From Candidatus Binatia bacterium (lineage in GTDB: Bacteria; Desulfobacterota; Binatia; UBA9968; CAXXLF01), in the NCBI GenBank assembly GCA_963664015.2, contig CAXXLF010000002.1, forward strand, positions 512,001-576,000: a stretch of 64,000 nucleotides of DNA, in the 5' to 3' direction. This document shows, piece by piece, positions 60,808 to 64,000 of this stretch (positions within the stretch are counted from its first letter, which is position 1; the number at the start of each line of letters is the position of its first letter). The notes below the pieces were generated by a model. That model was not told the origin of the DNA, searched no databases, and saw only the letters and a program-made list of their open reading frames with translations. The position numbers were made by a program, and so were the translations under genes.

Positions 60808-61598
60808 TTATTGAATAATTCTGATTAGGTTTTCCTCCCGTCCGCTAGCTTCAAAACACGCCCGGGCCAGTGTCAAGACTAGGACCTCCCGCGCCCCCGC
60901 GCGCAACAGAACACGACTACATTCATTGACCGTAGCGCCTGACGTGTAGACGTCGTCAACGAGCAGGACCCTTATGCCCCGGACCGACTTCTTTGGATCA
61001 ACGGCAAAGGCCCCGCGCACGTTCCTCCTCCGCTGCTCTTCCGTGAGTTCGGTCTGTGCCTCAGCCTCCCTTGTCCGCAACAGGATAAACGGGTTGACGG
61101 GGATTCCCCACGAGCGACCAACTTCGCGGGATAGAATGACAGACTGATTGAAACCGCGCCAGCGGAGCCTCTTCAGGTGAAGCGGGACAGGAATGATACA
61201 ATCCAGAGAGGCTTCCTGAAAATAAGGCCGGCAGCCCGTGGCGATGAGTCTTCCCAACGGCCGCCCGAGAGAAACCTTTTCCCTTTACTTGAACTGCTGC
61301 ACGACGGTGCGTAGCGGGTTCCGGTGGACTTCACCCCGGGGGTAGCATGCCCAGGCACGGGCAAGGGAAAAAACAGGCGGCGAATCAAACAGATTCCACA
61401 GGTGTGATCCTCTCCTGCCCCATGGGGAAACGGCGTGCCACAAGCGGGGCACAGGGGATGGGTTACCAGCAGGATCTTACGGTTGCATTCAAGGCAAAAA
61501 CAACGCTCATCGGACCCCACGATGGGTTCCCTGCAAAAACGGCACCGGGGTGGGTATACAATATCAAGAAGAGAATGGAGTATGGAGTCGTACTTCAC
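60808..61598 (-). pseudogene. comF: Competence protein ComF (double zinc ribbon + PRTase), disrupted
   Basis: YPPRCRFC, CPACG, CGIC; PVPLH, RGFNQS, LVDDVYTSGAT. Frameshift at the T-run near 61368-61373 and TAA at 61285-61287 in place of the FKY Tyr. Confidence 0.88.
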
Positions 61599-61729
61599 AA
61601 CTCAAGAAACCCCGTCATGGATAGCAACGGGCAACTCACGGGGCTCGTCATCCATCGCCTGACTCAACATCTCCACGATAGACAACAGGTTACTAGCCGT
61701 TTCTATTTTTTTCTATCCGTTATTCTCTT

Positions 61730-63277
61730 TCATTGTTGGTTACTGATCAGGCAGTGACCCGTCATTTCGACCGGTAAGGGGATGCCGAAGAGGTTGAGGA
61801 GCGTCGGAGCTATGTCGATGGCGGTTCCCGATTCCAATTTACGATTTTTAAACCTATCATCGACCAGAATCAATGGAACGTAATTCATCGTGTGGGCCGT
61901 ATGGACGGATCCCGTATCATAGTCTAGCATCTGCTCTGCATTGCCGTGGTCCGCAGTGATGACGACCCGTCCCCCAACCGCAAGCATGGCCTTCACCGCC
62001 TTGCCCACACACTGGTCAACCACCTCACAAGCGCGTTTGGTGGCCTGGAAGTTCCCCGAATGCCCGACCATATCCGTGTTGGCATAGTTGAGAAGGATGA
62101 GACCGTACTGGTCCGAGGCGATCTCCTTTAGCAACGCTCCGGTAATATCGTAGGCGCTCATTTCCGGCTTGAGATCATAGGTTGCAACATCTTTATTTGA
62201 AGGTATGAGGATCCGGTTCTCATTGGGGAAGTTCTTCTCCTCGCCTCCGTTGAAGAAATAGGTCACATGGGCGTATTTCTCCGTCTCCGCGATGCGGAGC
62301 TGCGACAGTCCCGCATCGGCGATAATCTCTCCTATGGTATGAACCAGTCGTCTGGACGGGAACGCCGCCGGAAGATTGAAGCTCGATTCGTATTCGGTCA
62401 TGGTAACAAAAGAGGAAAAGGCGATGCCACATGGGCGTGAGAACTCCTTGAAGTCTTTTTGGGTAAAGGCTCGGGTCAGCTGCCGGGCGCGGTCCGCCCT
62501 GAAGTTAAAAAAGATGACGCCATCTCCGTCCTTAACCGTCCCCTGAGACGCAGACCGGTTGATCACCGTGGGCAAAACAAACTCGTCGGTCTTTCCGTCC
62601 TGGTAGCTCTTGCGAATCGCCTCTTGAGCCGATGTGACCGTCTCCCCTGCCCCTTCGGTGAGGAGCCGATAGGCCCTTTCCGTACGGTCCCACCGCTTGT
62701 CCCGGTCCATAGCGTAGTACCGCCCGCATAGGGTTGCGATCTTGGCCTCTGGATAGGCCTTGAGCTTTTCTTCGAGGTCACGTACAAATCCCTCGCCGGC
62801 GGTAGGCGAGGTGTCGCGCCCGTCCAGAAAGAGGTGGAGGAAGATCTCGACCACCTTCTGCCGCCGCGCGAGTTCGATCAACGCCTCAAGATGACGCTGG
62901 TGGCTATGAACCCCGCCGTCGCCGAGAAGCCCCATGAGATGGAGCCGCCGACCGGAAGATTGCACGGCCTTCATGCCCGCGATTAATTGCTCATTGGAAA
63001 AGAAGCTGCCGTCATCGATGGCGCGGTGGATCAGGGTCAGGTCCTGAAAGACGACCCTTCCGCATCCCAGATGCATGTGGCCGACTTCCGAATTCCCCAT
63101 CTGCCCCTCGGGTAGACCGACATCGAGACCCGATACACCGATGGCGCTGGACGGATAACTGGTGAGCAGCGCATCCAGGTTCGGAGTCAATGCCTCGTAG
63201 ATGGCATTACCTTCGTGACGGGAATTGATTCCCCAACCATCAAGGATAATGAAGAGTAAGGATCGTTGGTCTTGCAC
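61730..63277 (-). CDS. gpmI: 2,3-bisphosphoglycerate-independent phosphoglycerate mutase
   Basis: LDGWG, GQMGNSEVGH, GGVHSH, GRYYAMDRD, AETEKYAHVTYFFNGG, DMVGHSG, TADHGNAE. Confidence 0.97.
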   Translation of the reverse strand: MQDQRSLLFIILDGWGINSRHEGNAIYEALTPNLDALLTSYPSSAIGVSGLDVGLPEGQMGNSEVGHMHLGCGRVVFQDLTLIHRAIDDGSFFSNEQLIAGMKAVQSSGRRLHLMGLLGDGGVHSHQRHLEALIELARRQKVVEIFLHLFLDGRDTSPTAGEGFVRDLEEKLKAYPEAKIATLCGRYYAMDRDKRWDRTERAYRLLTEGAGETVTSAQEAIRKSYQDGKTDEFVLPTVINRSASQGTVKDGDGVIFFNFRADRARQLTRAFTQKDFKEFSRPCGIAFSSFVTMTEYESSFNLPAAFPSRRLVHTIGEIIADAGLSQLRIAETEKYAHVTYFFNGGEEKNFPNENRILIPSNKDVATYDLKPEMSAYDITGALLKEIASDQYGLILLNYANTDMVGHSGNFQATKRACEVVDQCVGKAVKAMLAVGGRVVITADHGNAEQMLDYDTGSVHTAHTMNYVPLILVDDRFKNRKLESGTAIDIAPTLLNLFGIPLPVEMTGHCLISNQQ

Positions 63278-63356
63278 GAAATACTCCGCTGCTTCTTACC
63301 GATTAAATGTTCAACAGAGCGACGTCAAGAACCCCGAAAACAAATTTTCCAATTGC

Positions 63357-63389
63357 TCCGAACTTGGCGCCCTTTGCGTCTTTGCGCGA
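63357..63389 (-). repeat. REP-like family 2, 33-bp copy
   Basis: tccgaacttggcgccctttgcgtctttgcgcga, the reverse complement of 19499..19531 with one mismatch. Confidence 0.75.
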
Positions 63390-63506
63390 GTAGCTTTTTT
63401 TCCAAATCCCTAATTGCGAATTCAAGGGAACATTTCAAACATATCTGGGTAGTCTTTAGTTTATCTATTTCAATCTTGCGCAACGGACCCGAGATGCCCC
63501 AGCGCC

Positions 63507-63902
63507 TCAGGTCATGGAGTCGGTCTTGATCCGGAACTGATTAACCAGGGTCGAATAGGGCTCCGGCAACTCCACAACCGTTGCATGGAACCAGAGACCT
63601 TCGAGGTCGTAAAATTCCCGCACTGGTTGGTAGAAGACATGAACAATGATATCGTCAAAATCCATCAATACCCACTGGCCACCGGTCATGCCTTCCACGG
63701 ATATGGGGATCACCCCGTCTTTCTTGACATTTCCCTCGATACTCTGGGCGATGCTTTGCACCTGACGGTCCGAACGGCCGGAGCAGATAATAAAATAATC
63801 CGCTATGGAGGTGACCTCACTGACCTCTAACAGGACCAGATCATAGGCCTTCCTATCCAGCGCATGACTGCTGATGAGAAGGGCCTTCTCCAGGGAGTCC
63901 AT
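63507..63902 (-). CDS. rsfS: Ribosome silencing factor RsfS (iojap)
   Basis: DRKAYD, DYFIICSGRSDRQV, WVLMDFDDIIVHVF, REFYDLEGLW. Confidence 0.95.
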   Translation of the reverse strand: MDSLEKALLISSHALDRKAYDLVLLEVSEVTSIADYFIICSGRSDRQVQSIAQSIEGNVKKDGVIPISVEGMTGGQWVLMDFDDIIVHVFYQPVREFYDLEGLWFHATVVELPEPYSTLVNQFRIKTDSMT

Positions 63903-63907
63903 CGCGC

Positions 63908-64000
63908 TCAAACCTGGGACCAACCTCTCCGTTGCACACGGTAAAGCCCTTGCTTTTCCGTGTAGGCCTCGACCTCTCGAGGCACCAGGTATCGGATGGA
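63908..64000 (-). CDS. nadD: 3' end of nicotinate-nucleotide adenylyltransferase (partial)
   Basis: Reads SIRYLVPREVEAYTEKQGLY...*; the nadD-rsfS order is widely conserved. Confidence 0.75.
   Translation of the reverse strand, partial: SIRYLVPREVEAYTEKQGLYRVQRRGWSQV

Noticed and set aside
30728-61598. Genome-wide amber (TAG) recoding or pyrrolysine
   Set aside because: TAG ends intact genes such as metH and grxD. XDH and BenE also have frameshifts, and premature TGA and TAA stops occur in SLT, BenE and comF.
1-64000. CRISPR arrays, tRNA/rRNA genes, prophage or intact transposase
   Set aside because: No regularly spaced repeats, RNA gene signatures, integrase or transposase motifs were recognised.

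Overview
64-kb bacterial chromosomal window of moderately high GC. Gene style and paralog expansions resemble uncultured Ca. Binatia/deltaproteobacteria-like lineages (inference only). Housekeeping genes lie at the flanks (metH, larE, grxD, fxsA; sfsA, comF, gpmI, rsfS, 3' end of nadD). The central ~39 kb (14.7-53.7 kb) is an aromatic/heterocycle catabolic region. It holds four Rieske oxygenase alpha subunits, two UbiD decarboxylases, five paralogous bicupins, two Mo-hydroxylase large subunits (one broken), a LigZ-like extradiol dioxygenase, a broken LigY-like amidohydrolase, FAH, a DddP-like M24 protein, an atypical SDR, five binding proteins, two ABC permeases and an MFS. It has no reductase, ferredoxin, UbiX, XDH small subunits, adjacent ABC ATPase or regulator. 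About eight genes are pseudogenes. Two families of palindromic intergenic repeats occur; one family's end coincides with the Shine-Dalgarno of two genes. No rRNA, tRNA, CRISPR array or transposase was seen. Family calls come from motif recognition, not database searches.
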